This document shows, piece by piece, positions 18,788-28,850 of a stretch of DNA of 64,000 nt. How positions within the stretch are numbered: the stretch's first letter is position 1; each line of letters starts with the position of its first letter. The stretch lies in NCBI GenBank assembly GCA_902765625.1, contig CACXAO010000002.1, positions 1,238 to 65,237 of the forward strand, in the 5' to 3' direction. A program made the position numbers and the translations under genes. The DNA comes from an uncultured Ruminococcus sp. (GTDB taxonomy: Bacteria > Bacillota > Clostridia > Oscillospirales > Acutalibacteraceae). The notes under the pieces were generated by a model. It was not told where the DNA came from. It saw only the letters and a list, made by a program, of their open reading frames with translations, and searched no databases.

Positions 18788-19672
18788 ATGGCAAAAGGCA
18801 ATAAATTAAGACTATTTACGGATAAGCTGTTCGGCGGACTGAAAATGAGCTGGCCTGCGGTAATCATTTTCGCAGTCGCTTCCGCCGTCGTGACATCGGT
18901 TTTCCTTATCGTGCCCGTATTCTCAAAAACCTCGTTTATCCAGATGGGCACGACGTTTGAGGCGTGGATTTTGCTGGCGGTTATTATTATCGTAAACTGC
19001 GAAAAGGCGCTTGAAGCCGCGCTGAAAACCTTTGTTTTCTTCCTGATAAGTCAACCGCTGATTTACCTTTTTCAGGTGCCGTTTTACGACGGAGGCTTCG
19101 AGATTTTCAGGTATTACCCCTACTGGCTGATATGGACTCTGCTCACCTTTCCTATGGCGCTTGTCGGCTGGTTTTTGAGAAAGCGTAACTGGATAAGCCT
19201 GTTCGTCCTGCTGCCCGTAATCGCGGCGCTCGCTGTAATGGGCACGGTATACGCAAAGGAAACCGCGTTCAGATTTCCGCATCATCTGATTGCCGCCGTG
19301 TTCTGCTTCGGACAGATCTGGCTGTATCTCTACGCCTTCTTCAAGGACTTCAAAAAGCACATTGCCGGCTTGGCGGTTACTGCCGCGGCAATCGTACTTA
19401 CCCTGTTATTCAGCGCTCCGCTGTATTTTTATGTCGGAGCTGCTCTTCCCGACACGCCTGCGCTCTCGGAAAACGCCGCAATAAACTTTGACGACAGCGC
19501 ATACACGGCTGAACAGTTCCTGAGCAGCGAGAACTATGTAAGCATAAGAGGTTCAAAGTTCGGTTCATCGGTAATGACGGTGACCGACGGAGACGAGAAA
19601 TATGAATATTACGTTGAGTTCAAGTATGCTGACGGAGAGGACAGGGTCGAAATCAGCAAGCTGATCCGCTGA
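18788..19672 (+). CDS. Hypothetical polytopic membrane protein
   Basis: About 7 hydrophobic segments plus a soluble C-terminal domain; GGAGG RBS. Confidence 0.75.
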   Translation: MAKGNKLRLFTDKLFGGLKMSWPAVIIFAVASAVVTSVFLIVPVFSKTSFIQMGTTFEAWILLAVIIIVNCEKALEAALKTFVFFLISQPLIYLFQVPFYDGGFEIFRYYPYWLIWTLLTFPMALVGWFLRKRNWISLFVLLPVIAALAVMGTVYAKETAFRFPHHLIAAVFCFGQIWLYLYAFFKDFKKHIAGLAVTAAAIVLTLLFSAPLYFYVGAALPDTPALSENAAINFDDSAYTAEQFLSSENYVSIRGSKFGSSVMTVTDGDEKYEYYVEFKYADGEDRVEISKLIR

Positions 19673-19739
19673 TATTTATAATCATTCAAAAATCAAGGCA
19701 GAAGAAAAACGAATTACGTTTTTCCTCTGCCCTTTTGTT

Positions 19740-21365
19740 TTATCCTTTCACGCAGGAGTTAACCCACGCGATGAAGTTTGATGTGCTGTCGCCTGTCCGC
19801 TCAGCCTCTGTATGTCCCTGAAGCCATACAGTTTCGAAATCGACGTTTTTTACTCCGTCGTAATTTTCAAGCGCGAGCGCAAGGTTTATCTCGGTTGTTA
19901 CCGAGGTATTCTGCTGCTCGATACCGGTGCGGATGCGCCAATATTTTGCGACGGTCGATTTGCCGCAGCCCTCGCGGGTTTTCATCAGATAGTAGAGAGG
20001 CGTATACATATCTACGCGCTGCTCAACCGTGTTGCCGACAGAATCGGTCGTTTTTAGATCGTCGGTATAACTTGACGCGTATTCGCTGTTCACCTCAGTC
20101 AGAACGTCCGCGAGGATTTTGTCGAAGTGACATCCCTTGCCGTCGCCTGTGCCAAACAACGGATTGACTCCCTGCGGCTGGTCAAACGCTACGACGAGAT
20201 TTGTAGCGGTCTTGCAGTGCTTCGCAAAGTCCGCGACGCTTGTTATCGAAGCGGTTTTGGCGGTTTCGTCGTAGGTGACCCAATTGCCGTCCGAGTTGAG
20301 GTCGTCAACGTATTTTTTAGCGCTTCCGTAGCTGTTGTGAAGCTCGGGGTTCGAAAAGTCGGTGTCGGAAAGATAGTTGTTAAGTGACCTTTCGATAACG
20401 CTCTTTACGTATTCGTAATAACTGCCGGACTGATATATTCCGTCCTTTGATTCCGTAAGGGTCAGCGAATTGCCGTCCTTGTCGGTAAAGCCGGCGCTGT
20501 TGACATATTCGGCAAACTTATTTGCCAGACCGTCGGAGATCGCCTTATTCTCAGCAGTGGTCTCGGCACGCGTGCATCCCATCATCCACTCATACTCGGC
20601 GTTGGCGGTGTCGAGGTTGGTGATCGGACACCAGTCCATTGAGCCTGCTACAGCGTCGGATACTCCCTTCACCGCTCCGATAGACTCAAGATACGGGTCG
20701 TACAGCCCGCTGTCGCCCGACGCGCCAAGAATAGCCGCCTGCGCTCCGCCGCCGCTCATTCCGTATACAAATATATTCTCCGCGTCTCCGGCGATGACAT
20801 CGTCGCAATAGCGCACGTATCGGATCGCCGCCTTGAGGTCGGTAACGCCTGTCGGCGCACCCTCGTCAATACCGCGGCAGCCGGCGTGAACAAAGACAAA
20901 TCCCTTTGAGGTGTAATCGGCAACCTGCTCCATAACGATATTCGCGTACTCGCCCATCTCGTCCTCCGACCACGCCTTTGACGCATAATAGCCTGGCGTG
21001 TCGATGGGCATGACAATAGGTGCGGTAGCGGCGGAATAGCCGTTGAGCATTTTGTCGCTCAGCTCGCAGGTGAAGGTTCCGTCGCTGTTATCTGCCGCGT
21101 CCATAAACACCTCGGGTACAAATACCGAGAGCTTCTCATATTTTTCGTCGGCAGGAGATTCACAGTAGAGCACGCCCATCTGATAATACATCTTGTCGTC
21201 CTTGTTGTACTTCCACTTGCTCATATCCAGCTTTGAGAGATTTGTTTCGACAGGCGTCGTCGGTTCGGTCTGCACTGCCGGGCTTTCATCGGAATTTCCG
21301 CAGCCTGCCGCTGCAAGTCCGGCAAGACATATTGCCAGAATAGCTGCTGAGACTTTTTTTATCAT
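19740..21365 (-). CDS. Tannase (subtype A-like) lipoprotein
   Basis: AAGC lipobox; DLKAAIRY, GMSGGGAQ, WCPITNLD, YWRIRTG, VWLQGHTEAER. Confidence 0.82.
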   Translation of the reverse strand: MIKKVSAAILAICLAGLAAAGCGNSDESPAVQTEPTTPVETNLSKLDMSKWKYNKDDKMYYQMGVLYCESPADEKYEKLSVFVPEVFMDAADNSDGTFTCELSDKMLNGYSAATAPIVMPIDTPGYYASKAWSEDEMGEYANIVMEQVADYTSKGFVFVHAGCRGIDEGAPTGVTDLKAAIRYVRYCDDVIAGDAENIFVYGMSGGGAQAAILGASGDSGLYDPYLESIGAVKGVSDAVAGSMDWCPITNLDTANAEYEWMMGCTRAETTAENKAISDGLANKFAEYVNSAGFTDKDGNSLTLTESKDGIYQSGSYYEYVKSVIERSLNNYLSDTDFSNPELHNSYGSAKKYVDDLNSDGNWVTYDETAKTASITSVADFAKHCKTATNLVVAFDQPQGVNPLFGTGDGKGCHFDKILADVLTEVNSEYASSYTDDLKTTDSVGNTVEQRVDMYTPLYYLMKTREGCGKSTVAKYWRIRTGIEQQNTSVTTEINLALALENYDGVKNVDFETVWLQGHTEAERTGDSTSNFIAWVNSCVKG

Positions 21366-21380
21366 GCTTCTCTCTCCTTT

Positions 21381-23048
21381 TTAGTCGTTGGCAGGGGTCA
21401 GAATTGCCTTGATAGGATAATTGTCAACCGCAAAAGAGTCCTTGCCCTTTAACTTCAAATCCGGGAGGGATTTATCTGAGTTGAGCTCTTCCGAACACTG
21501 ATTATACGCCCTCTCAGCAAGGCTGTCTTTCATATCGGACATATCTTTCCACTTGCCGTCGGTGTAAAGATAGCTTTCGCCCTTGTTTATTACTCCTGTG
21601 ACGGTCATGCCCTCAAAAAACTCGGTTGAATACGGGAATACCTCGGTATACGTCATACCGCCTTCGCCGTATGCCTCGCGCTTCATTGTGAGGACAACGG
21701 CATACTTTTCGCCTTTTTTAAGCTCGTACTCCTTACTGAGGTCGATTTTATAGAAGCCTGCGAACGTGTGTTTCTTAACGCCCTTTTCAAGCAGGGTTCC
21801 TGATGAAGGATTTCCGTCCTCAACGTCCTTATACACCTCGTAGGTCACCTCGGTTTTCGGCTGACTTGTGGAGTAGGCGATCTGGTACAGACTTTCGTCC
21901 TCCTCAGCGTTGAAAACATTTGCCATCTTTGTTTCGTTATCATAATCGGTGCTGCCGTACCAGTTTGTCATCAGCAAATCATACTGGTCGTAGTTCGGAG
22001 AGCTGTGCTTGACCGAATCGCCGCCGTCAAACACATAGCTGAGCGCAGACATAAGGCTGTGATCGTAATATGAGATGTAGAGAAAGCCGTCGTCAGGGTC
22101 GTCATCGTAAGTGTTCAACCCCCAGCTGTTCTTGAGAATCAAAGCGCCGTTTTCGGGAGGAGTGCTTCCCTCAACCTCTTCACCGCTGATTTTGCGGGTG
22201 AAGTTCTCCTTGGGATAATCGTCGTCGTAGCCGATTACTGTCACCGCGTGATCAGGCTTGTCGGTTCCGCTTGAATACGCCGCGCGGTGTTTCGAATTGA
22301 AGCCTGAGCCGGAAGCGCAGAGCGCCACAGAGACTCCGTGTCCCTTACTAAGCTCATACTTGATCGCGTTGAGTCCGTCGACATTAAGAGAATAGTTGCC
22401 GTCCTTGTCAAGAGTCGCGGGACTCGGAAGCCTTTTGCTGCTTCTCATCAGAGCTTCTGCAGGTGCGTTGCGGTATTCCGCGTTAAGCGGAAGCGTCCAT
22501 TCGCCCGTCCATGAATCGTTATACGCATAAGGATTCTCTCCCTTGACGCTCACGCTCTCGTCGACCGGTCCGAAGCCGGCTCCGAATAGATTCGCGTCGT
22601 GAACAAACGGTCCGCCGATGATATATACCGCAAACTTATTATCCTTTTCAGCCGCGGACGGGTCAAAACCCTCGCCCACCTGAGATTCGCGGACCTTGCC
22701 CGTTGCAACGTCATCCTTGGTGATTCCGTGGAAAAGATACCACGATATGTATTTTTCCGAGAAGTTGACCTTGTCGTTTACCTCGCCGGCAGGTACGCCA
22801 AGATTGTTTTCGTACAGGTACGAGATCTCAGCCGCACCGGTAAGACTGAACGTCCAGCAATCGCCGAACAGCTGCGTTTTTACCGGAGTAACGTAGTTTT
22901 TTCCATCGAAGTTTCTCAAGTCAATCTTTGACGGAAGCTTTGACGCGTCGATCTCCTCAAAATCCTCTTCAACCGAAGCAGGCGAAGAACAGGCGGCTAC
23001 AGAGCAAAGCGTCAACAACGAGATGATAATTGCCAATATTTTTTTCAT
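21381..23048 (-). CDS. C1A papain-like cysteine peptidase lipoprotein with lectin-like C-terminal domain
   Basis: VAAC lipobox; Q..CWTF, DHAVTVIGYDD, KNSWG. Confidence 0.9.
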   Translation of the reverse strand: MKKILAIIISLLTLCSVAACSSPASVEEDFEEIDASKLPSKIDLRNFDGKNYVTPVKTQLFGDCWTFSLTGAAEISYLYENNLGVPAGEVNDKVNFSEKYISWYLFHGITKDDVATGKVRESQVGEGFDPSAAEKDNKFAVYIIGGPFVHDANLFGAGFGPVDESVSVKGENPYAYNDSWTGEWTLPLNAEYRNAPAEALMRSSKRLPSPATLDKDGNYSLNVDGLNAIKYELSKGHGVSVALCASGSGFNSKHRAAYSSGTDKPDHAVTVIGYDDDYPKENFTRKISGEEVEGSTPPENGALILKNSWGLNTYDDDPDDGFLYISYYDHSLMSALSYVFDGGDSVKHSSPNYDQYDLLMTNWYGSTDYDNETKMANVFNAEEDESLYQIAYSTSQPKTEVTYEVYKDVEDGNPSSGTLLEKGVKKHTFAGFYKIDLSKEYELKKGEKYAVVLTMKREAYGEGGMTYTEVFPYSTEFFEGMTVTGVINKGESYLYTDGKWKDMSDMKDSLAERAYNQCSEELNSDKSLPDLKLKGKDSFAVDNYPIKAILTPAND

Positions 23049-23140
23049 GTCCGCACCCTCACAATCACTATTGTTTTTATTTTCAGCTATCATTATACAG
23101 TAAGACGAAAATGGAAACAAGCAACTTTCCATTCACAAAA

Positions 23141-23157
23141 GTCAACCGTCGGTTGAC
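23141..23157. promoter_or_regulatory. Perfect palindrome upstream of the peptidase-tannase promoter (candidate XRE operator)
   Basis: GTCAACCG-T-CGGTTGAC; minus-strand promoter TTGTTT-N17-TATAAT lies just downstream. Confidence 0.55.
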
Positions 23158-23180
23158 AATTCAATCAACAGTTTATTTCA

Positions 23181-24014
23181 TTATAGCAGAGGTCTTGTGC
23201 GGCGGAAGGTTGAGATAAAATCGCAGTAATAGGTTCTTGTAATCTCGTCCGCAATGCAGAGCAAAGGCATTACCGAGCTTTCCTGCCTGAACTTATATGC
23301 GTTTGTTTCGCCGTTCAGCGTGGTAATTACAATTCTTGTGGCGAGATTGCTGCGGCAAAGGGTTTCCATGCAATCCTCAAGCTCGTCCTCGGCTATTCCG
23401 GTCTTGCTGCTGATAACGGCGGTTGTGACAGGCGTGTTCAGACGCGAGTACATGTAAAAAATAATTTTAAGCATCCTTTCGTCGGCAAAAACCGCGAATA
23501 CGTTTCTCAGCGCCTCGATATTGCCGATGTAATTCTTGATGCCGTCTTGCGGCTCCGTCATGAGGAAGAAATGACGGAAATCGTCGGATATCCGCACTGT
23601 TGCCATGCCGCTGTCCTGCATGATCTTGGTGTAGTAATCCTTCAAATCAGCGTCTCCCGAGGGAGGTCCGGAGAAGAAGTCGAGGTATTTGTCTATCAGA
23701 GAAATGTCCTCAAGCAGACCGATGTTGATCGCCCAGCAAATATGAAACGCGTAACGGTACGCCGCGTCGCTTGGCATATGATTAAGCCGCCGCGCCAGCT
23801 TGACTGCCTCGTCCTGATCTGAGCAGCCAAACAACGCGTCGATACTGACACCGAGAACGTCCGAGAGTATTGGCAAAAGCTCGATATCAGGCGTTCCTCC
23901 GTTCTCCCATTTTGAAACTGCCTGAGTGGATACCCCAAGTAGCTTACCTAGCTGTTCCTGCGTATATCCCTTTTCGTTGCGGTATTTTCTGATTTGTTTT
24001 CCGATCGTCTTCAT
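23181..24014 (-). CDS. XRE/Cro-C1 HTH regulator with C-terminal domain
   Basis: TQEQLGKLLGVSTQAVSKWENG..PDI; GGAGG RBS before ATG 24014. Confidence 0.9.
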   Translation of the reverse strand: MKTIGKQIRKYRNEKGYTQEQLGKLLGVSTQAVSKWENGGTPDIELLPILSDVLGVSIDALFGCSDQDEAVKLARRLNHMPSDAAYRYAFHICWAINIGLLEDISLIDKYLDFFSGPPSGDADLKDYYTKIMQDSGMATVRISDDFRHFFLMTEPQDGIKNYIGNIEALRNVFAVFADERMLKIIFYMYSRLNTPVTTAVISSKTGIAEDELEDCMETLCRSNLATRIVITTLNGETNAYKFRQESSVMPLLCIADEITRTYYCDFISTFRRTRPLL

Positions 24015-24214
24015 TCTCAACCCTCCGTTGATTTCTGACAATATTGTACCACAGGCAGAAATGGTTGTCTACATTAAAACCAAACATATCAAAAGAAAAA
24101 CGGTCAGCAGCACTCACTACTGACCGAATAATCAATTATCTCATTTTTATTCAGCACAAGCCCGGGATTTTCCGTCTGTCCCGTATGTGCGCGCCTAATT
24201 GTAATAATCCAATC

Positions 24215-25213
24215 CTAAAACACAAACGTCATCAAAATCATGAGCACAAAAACAATTACCGTTAGCGGAGCTGTCATGAATACCAATGTCTTTTTCAAAG
24301 CGCCGAACTCAAATATGCCCTTGTTCAGTCCGAAAGACTTTCTCTTTTTAACGATTTGTACCGTCAGCATAATCGGTGCTGCGACGATCATCGATAATAT
24401 AATCAGTATGATCAGCGTCAGCAAAACCGCGAGAACCGTTTGTTTGTGGAACATAGCCTGAACCATGAACACCTTGTCGCCTGCCGAAAGAATGCTTCCG
24501 AGCTGAATTTTCAAAAATGACATCGAGAACGACAGCAAATTATTAACAAAATGAACGAACATAACCGTATAAATCGACCGCGTTTTCGCAAAAATCAGGC
24601 AGAGAAATACTCCGAGCAACGCCGCAAAATACACCTGAGCGATGTTAGTATGCCACAAGCCGAAGGCGATTCCCGTTACAACCGACGCCAAAAGCTGACC
24701 CACAGGCTCGTTGTTGCGGAAAATTGTCGCCCTGAAAACCAGCTCCTCAAAAATCGGCGCGAGAATTACAACCGGAACGCCGTATATTATCCAGCCGAGC
24801 GGATCGTTCTTTGTGAGGAAGCTTTGCATTCCCGAACGCGTTTCTTTGACAAACAGTCCCAGAACAACCTGCAGAAGCAGCGAGGAACCAACCGCGATAA
24901 CCGTCCACTTTAGAATCCAGCCCTTTGAACGCAGGGGCTTTTGAAAAACATCCCTCAGCCGCAGGCTGTGTTTACGGTTGAGCAGCTTGTAAAAAATCAA
25001 ATACAGCAGCGGATACGCAATGACAAATACCGCTGCCTGAGTTATTGACCATAGAAATTTCGAGTCCTGCCAGACCGAGTCATAACCGCCGGTGCGGCTC
25101 ATGTATTTCAGCAGAATTTGCGCAGGAATCACCAGTGCAAAGAATACCAGCAGCAATAGCGAGCTTCGGTTTGAGATACTGCGAATTTGTCTGTTGACTG
25201 TTTTCTTGTCCAT
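24215..25213 (-). CDS. CPBP (Abi/CAAX) intramembrane glutamic protease
   Basis: EELVFR, FGLWH and HFVNN motifs in a TM protein. Confidence 0.9.
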   Translation of the reverse strand: MDKKTVNRQIRSISNRSSLLLLVFFALVIPAQILLKYMSRTGGYDSVWQDSKFLWSITQAAVFVIAYPLLYLIFYKLLNRKHSLRLRDVFQKPLRSKGWILKWTVIAVGSSLLLQVVLGLFVKETRSGMQSFLTKNDPLGWIIYGVPVVILAPIFEELVFRATIFRNNEPVGQLLASVVTGIAFGLWHTNIAQVYFAALLGVFLCLIFAKTRSIYTVMFVHFVNNLLSFSMSFLKIQLGSILSAGDKVFMVQAMFHKQTVLAVLLTLIILIILSMIVAAPIMLTVQIVKKRKSFGLNKGIFEFGALKKTLVFMTAPLTVIVFVLMILMTFVF

Positions 25214-25444
25214 TACATAACCGCTCCGATCCGGCGAATTGCCTTTATCTTGCCATCAGTCTAGCATTTTACGCTTTAATATTCAAGCAAGTAACGCTTT
25301 CCTGCCATATTTCAGGCGGTTTTTATTACAATTTCAATGTCAAGCTGCTGTTGCTATTCGGTTTGGAGTGTGATATAATCTATTCATCAGAGAATTTCAA
25401 TATATTAAACATTCAACCTATTATCCCGAAAGGAGCAAATTAAT

Positions 25445-25969
25445 ATGGAATTGATTCAGAGCTTTTCGGTAGACCATACCGCTATTGTGCCCGGCATCTT
25501 CGTCAGCCGCGTTGACACAATCGGCAGCGGTACGGCTACAACCTACGATATCAGACTGAAAAAACCAAACAGAGAGCCGGTAATCGATGTGGCGGCTATG
25601 CACTCGCTCGAGCATATTATCGCCACCTACCTCAGAAACGACCCCGATTGGAAGGACGAGGTAATCTACTGGGGCCCGATGGGTTGCCTGACAGGCTTCT
25701 ACCTCATTTTGAAAGGAACCCGTTCTCCGCGTGAGATTTACGACCTGCTGCTCAGCGCCTTTAAGTCGGTTGACGACGCTCAGGTTGTTCCGGGCGCCAC
25801 CGCCGTAAACTGCGGTCATTACCTTATGCACAACCTCGGAATGGCTAAGTGGTACGCTGCTGAGTTTGCCTCATACCTCGAGGCTAACGCCGGCAAGGAC
25901 GAAATCTTTGAGTACCCGAGAACGGAGAGACTTGTTACCGACGAGGGTCAGCAGTTCTTCGATTCGTAA
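25445..25969 (+). CDS. luxS: S-ribosylhomocysteine lyase (AI-2 synthase)
   Basis: SFSVDH, HSLEH, GPMGCLTGFY, NCG. Confidence 0.95.
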   Translation: MELIQSFSVDHTAIVPGIFVSRVDTIGSGTATTYDIRLKKPNREPVIDVAAMHSLEHIIATYLRNDPDWKDEVIYWGPMGCLTGFYLILKGTRSPREIYDLLLSAFKSVDDAQVVPGATAVNCGHYLMHNLGMAKWYAAEFASYLEANAGKDEIFEYPRTERLVTDEGQQFFDS

Positions 25970-25987
25970 TCCAAATCATGATTTTTT

Positions 25988-26016
25988 GCGCTTACCGATA
26001 CGGTAGGCGCTTTTTT
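25988..26016 (+). terminator. Intrinsic terminator after luxS
   Basis: GCGCTTACCG-ATA-CGGTAGGCGC-TTTTTT. Confidence 0.75.
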
Positions 26017-26065
26017 CGTAATTCAAACCGCCGCATGTGCATACAAACTGAATGCAATACAATTA

Positions 26066-27529
26066 TTATACTGCAAAATCATCCTCAACCGCGCGGTTAA
26101 GCCGCCACAGATGCGCTGACGCGTCGCCGCTGATAAACAGGCGGTTTTCGCCCTCTGTCGGGAAAATCCGCGACGAAAAAACCGCGTCGCCGTCGTTTAC
26201 AAATATCTCTATCGAGCTGCGGTCTATAAAGAACCTCAGATGGAATAAGCCCTTTGGCAGCGGTCTCGTGCGCTGCTCGCCAAGCTCGGTATTGAACCTT
26301 TGCTTCATTCCCGAACGGTCGACCGTGATTTCCTTTGCCGCGTCGTCGTAGGCTACAACAAGTCCGCCGCTGCCGTCCTCAGCCGCAAAGAGCCTTAGCG
26401 TCAGGTCGCCGCCTCTGCCGATCAGCTCAAGCTCGCACACGCGCGGCAATACGTTTGTTGCTTCCAGATCGAGCTTCTCGCCCCTGAGAGCGCGGAGTGA
26501 ATCGAGCGGCTGCTGAATCAGCCTGCGGTCTCTCACCCTCAGCTCACGCGGCAGGGTAAGACATCCCGACCAATCCTCCTCGTCGGTGGGATACGACGCA
26601 TCCGGCAGACCCATCCACGCGACAAGGGTAGCCTTTGTGCGGTCGTTAGGGTTGGCTGCGCACTCGGCGGCGTAAGAATCAAATCCGAAGTCGAGCACAT
26701 GGAAGCTTGTGTTGTCGGGAGTAAAGGTCAGGCTCTCCCAGTCCATATGACCGAGAAGATAGCCGCTGTGGTGAACCGAACCGCCTCTGCCTGCAAGCCT
26801 GATGTGCTGCGGACAGAATATAAGCACGTCGTAGCCGCTGATGGTCTCGATCGACGGGCACTCCCACATATCGCCGAAGTCCTCAAACCCCGGCACCTTC
26901 AGCTGACCCTCAAAACGCCAGTTCTCGGTCTGAGAATCAGAGCTGTAGATTATTACGCAGCCCTTTTTGTCCTTTGTCTGCGCGCCGAGGATAATGTAGT
27001 TTTTGCCGCTTTTTTCGTCATGAATAATTTTGGGGTCGCGCTGGTGCTCTGTGTAGTCCTCATTCATGCCGAAAAGCGGAGGAAGCTTGACAGCCTTTCC
27101 GCCGTCCTTTAAATCGACAAGACAGGTGTATGGCTTGCGCGTCCAGTCCTCGTCGCGGTGGTTGCCTGTATAGTATAGATAAACCGAATCGGGAGTCGGG
27201 AGCGCTGAGCCGGAATAGGCTCCCTTGTTGTCGTAAAACGTGTCGGGACAGATGCACACGCCCTTGTTCTGCCACGTCACCAAGTCCTTTGAAACGGTAT
27301 GGTACCAGTATTTAAGACCGTGAACCGCTCCCCACGGGCACCACTGATAAAAGAGATGCCATACGCCGTCGTGAAAGACAAATCCGTTTGGGTCGTTGAG
27401 CAGTCCCGTTACACTCTGAATGTGGTAGCTCTGACGGTAATCCGACAGTATTGTGCGTTCGTGGAGTTCCCGAATCTCCTCTGCGCTCTTCAACACGCGA
27501 TAGCGTTCTTCCTTCGTCCAGCTTTTCAT
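26066..27529 (-). CDS. scrB: GH32 sucrose-6-phosphate hydrolase
   Basis: NDPNG, RDP and WECP motifs; sucrose locus context. Confidence 0.92.
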   Translation of the reverse strand: MKSWTKEERYRVLKSAEEIRELHERTILSDYRQSYHIQSVTGLLNDPNGFVFHDGVWHLFYQWCPWGAVHGLKYWYHTVSKDLVTWQNKGVCICPDTFYDNKGAYSGSALPTPDSVYLYYTGNHRDEDWTRKPYTCLVDLKDGGKAVKLPPLFGMNEDYTEHQRDPKIIHDEKSGKNYIILGAQTKDKKGCVIIYSSDSQTENWRFEGQLKVPGFEDFGDMWECPSIETISGYDVLIFCPQHIRLAGRGGSVHHSGYLLGHMDWESLTFTPDNTSFHVLDFGFDSYAAECAANPNDRTKATLVAWMGLPDASYPTDEEDWSGCLTLPRELRVRDRRLIQQPLDSLRALRGEKLDLEATNVLPRVCELELIGRGGDLTLRLFAAEDGSGGLVVAYDDAAKEITVDRSGMKQRFNTELGEQRTRPLPKGLFHLRFFIDRSSIEIFVNDGDAVFSSRIFPTEGENRLFISGDASAHLWRLNRAVEDDFAV

Positions 27530-27829
27530 ATTATATACATCTCCTTTTTACGTTATTTGAAAATGGTTTCCTATATATTAATAGTATATGACATATTTGG
27601 TCTAAATGCAATAAAATCAAACGCTATTGTGGAAATAATTCAATATAGTTTACTGCGGGTTTATGGCTTTTCTGAAAGATTTAATCGGTTTTGACCAATT
27701 TAGGATTATGTTTAGGGTATTTGCTGCCGTCATTAGTTGAAAATCCACAAAAACTGCGCCTGAAATTCTATATATGCGATAATGAAAACTGATTGAAAAA
27801 CCGAATGGCGTGTGATATATTATAGTTAA

Positions 27830-27844
27830 TGAAATCGATTACAA
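27830..27844. promoter_or_regulatory. LacI-type (ScrR) operator 1
   Basis: TGAAATCGATTACAA, the exact reverse complement of the site at 32789. Confidence 0.75.
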
Positions 27845-27884
27845 AGTATTCATGACCAATAATCAAATATGTGAGGTGTTTTCA

Positions 27885-28850
27885 ATGAAAGATTTAGTTA
27901 CAATCGGTGAGATCCTGATTGATTTGACCTACAGCGGCAGACAAAACGGCGTTCCCGTTTACGTTGCAAACCCCGGCGGCGCTCCTGCCAACGTTGCGGT
28001 TGCCGCCGCGCGTCTGGGAGCTGACTCCGCGTTCATCGGCAAGGTCGGAAACGACTACTACGGCGGATTTCTGCGCGAAACCCTTACCGAAAACAAGGTC
28101 GATGTATCGGGTATGCTGACCGACGCTTCCGCACCCACCACCCTCGCGGTCGTTTCGCTCACCGACGCCGGCGAACGCAGCTTCTTGTTCTACCGCAGAA
28201 ACTGCGCCGACACCCTGCTTTCTCCCGAGGAGTTAAGCGACGAGCTGCTCGGCAATACAAGATTTTTGCACTTCGGCTCTGTCAGCCTGACCGACGACCC
28301 CGCACGCTCGGCTACTCTCTTTGCTGCCAAAAGAGCTAAGGAGCTCGGTGCGACCGTCACCTACGACCCCAACTACCGCGCTAACCTCTGGAACAGCGAA
28401 AAGGAAGCTGTTGAGCGGATGAAGTCCGTTCTCGGCTTTGTTGATATTTTAAAAATTTCCGACGAGGAGCTTCCGCTGCTCACCGGCACCGACGACCCCG
28501 AGGCAGGCACCCGTCAGCTCTTTGACGAGTACGGCATTTCGCTCATTCTGCTCACCCTCGGCGCTGACGGCGCATACTACCGCAGAGGCGGCGAGACCGG
28601 CAAGGCTGAGGGCTTTAAGGTCAAGGTTGCCGACACAAACGGCGCAGGCGACACATTCTTCGGCGCGTTTTTGAGCCGTATGGCGGCGCTAGGCGTTTAC
28701 AAGCCCGATGATCTCACCTCGGAACAGCTCTTTGACAGCGTTAGAACCGCAAACCTCGCAGCGTCGCTCACAACCTCGCGTCACGGCGCGATTCCCGCGA
28801 TGCCCGACCTCAAGGAGCTTGAGGATAAGCTTGATTCGGAGGTGAAATAA
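27885..28850 (+). CDS. scrK: PfkB-family fructokinase
   Basis: GGAPANVA, YDPNYR, DTNGAGD; GAGGTG RBS before ATG 27885. Confidence 0.9.
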   Translation: MKDLVTIGEILIDLTYSGRQNGVPVYVANPGGAPANVAVAAARLGADSAFIGKVGNDYYGGFLRETLTENKVDVSGMLTDASAPTTLAVVSLTDAGERSFLFYRRNCADTLLSPEELSDELLGNTRFLHFGSVSLTDDPARSATLFAAKRAKELGATVTYDPNYRANLWNSEKEAVERMKSVLGFVDILKISDEELPLLTGTDDPEAGTRQLFDEYGISLILLTLGADGAYYRRGGETGKAEGFKVKVADTNGAGDTFFGAFLSRMAALGVYKPDDLTSEQLFDSVRTANLAASLTTSRHGAIPAMPDLKELEDKLDSEVK

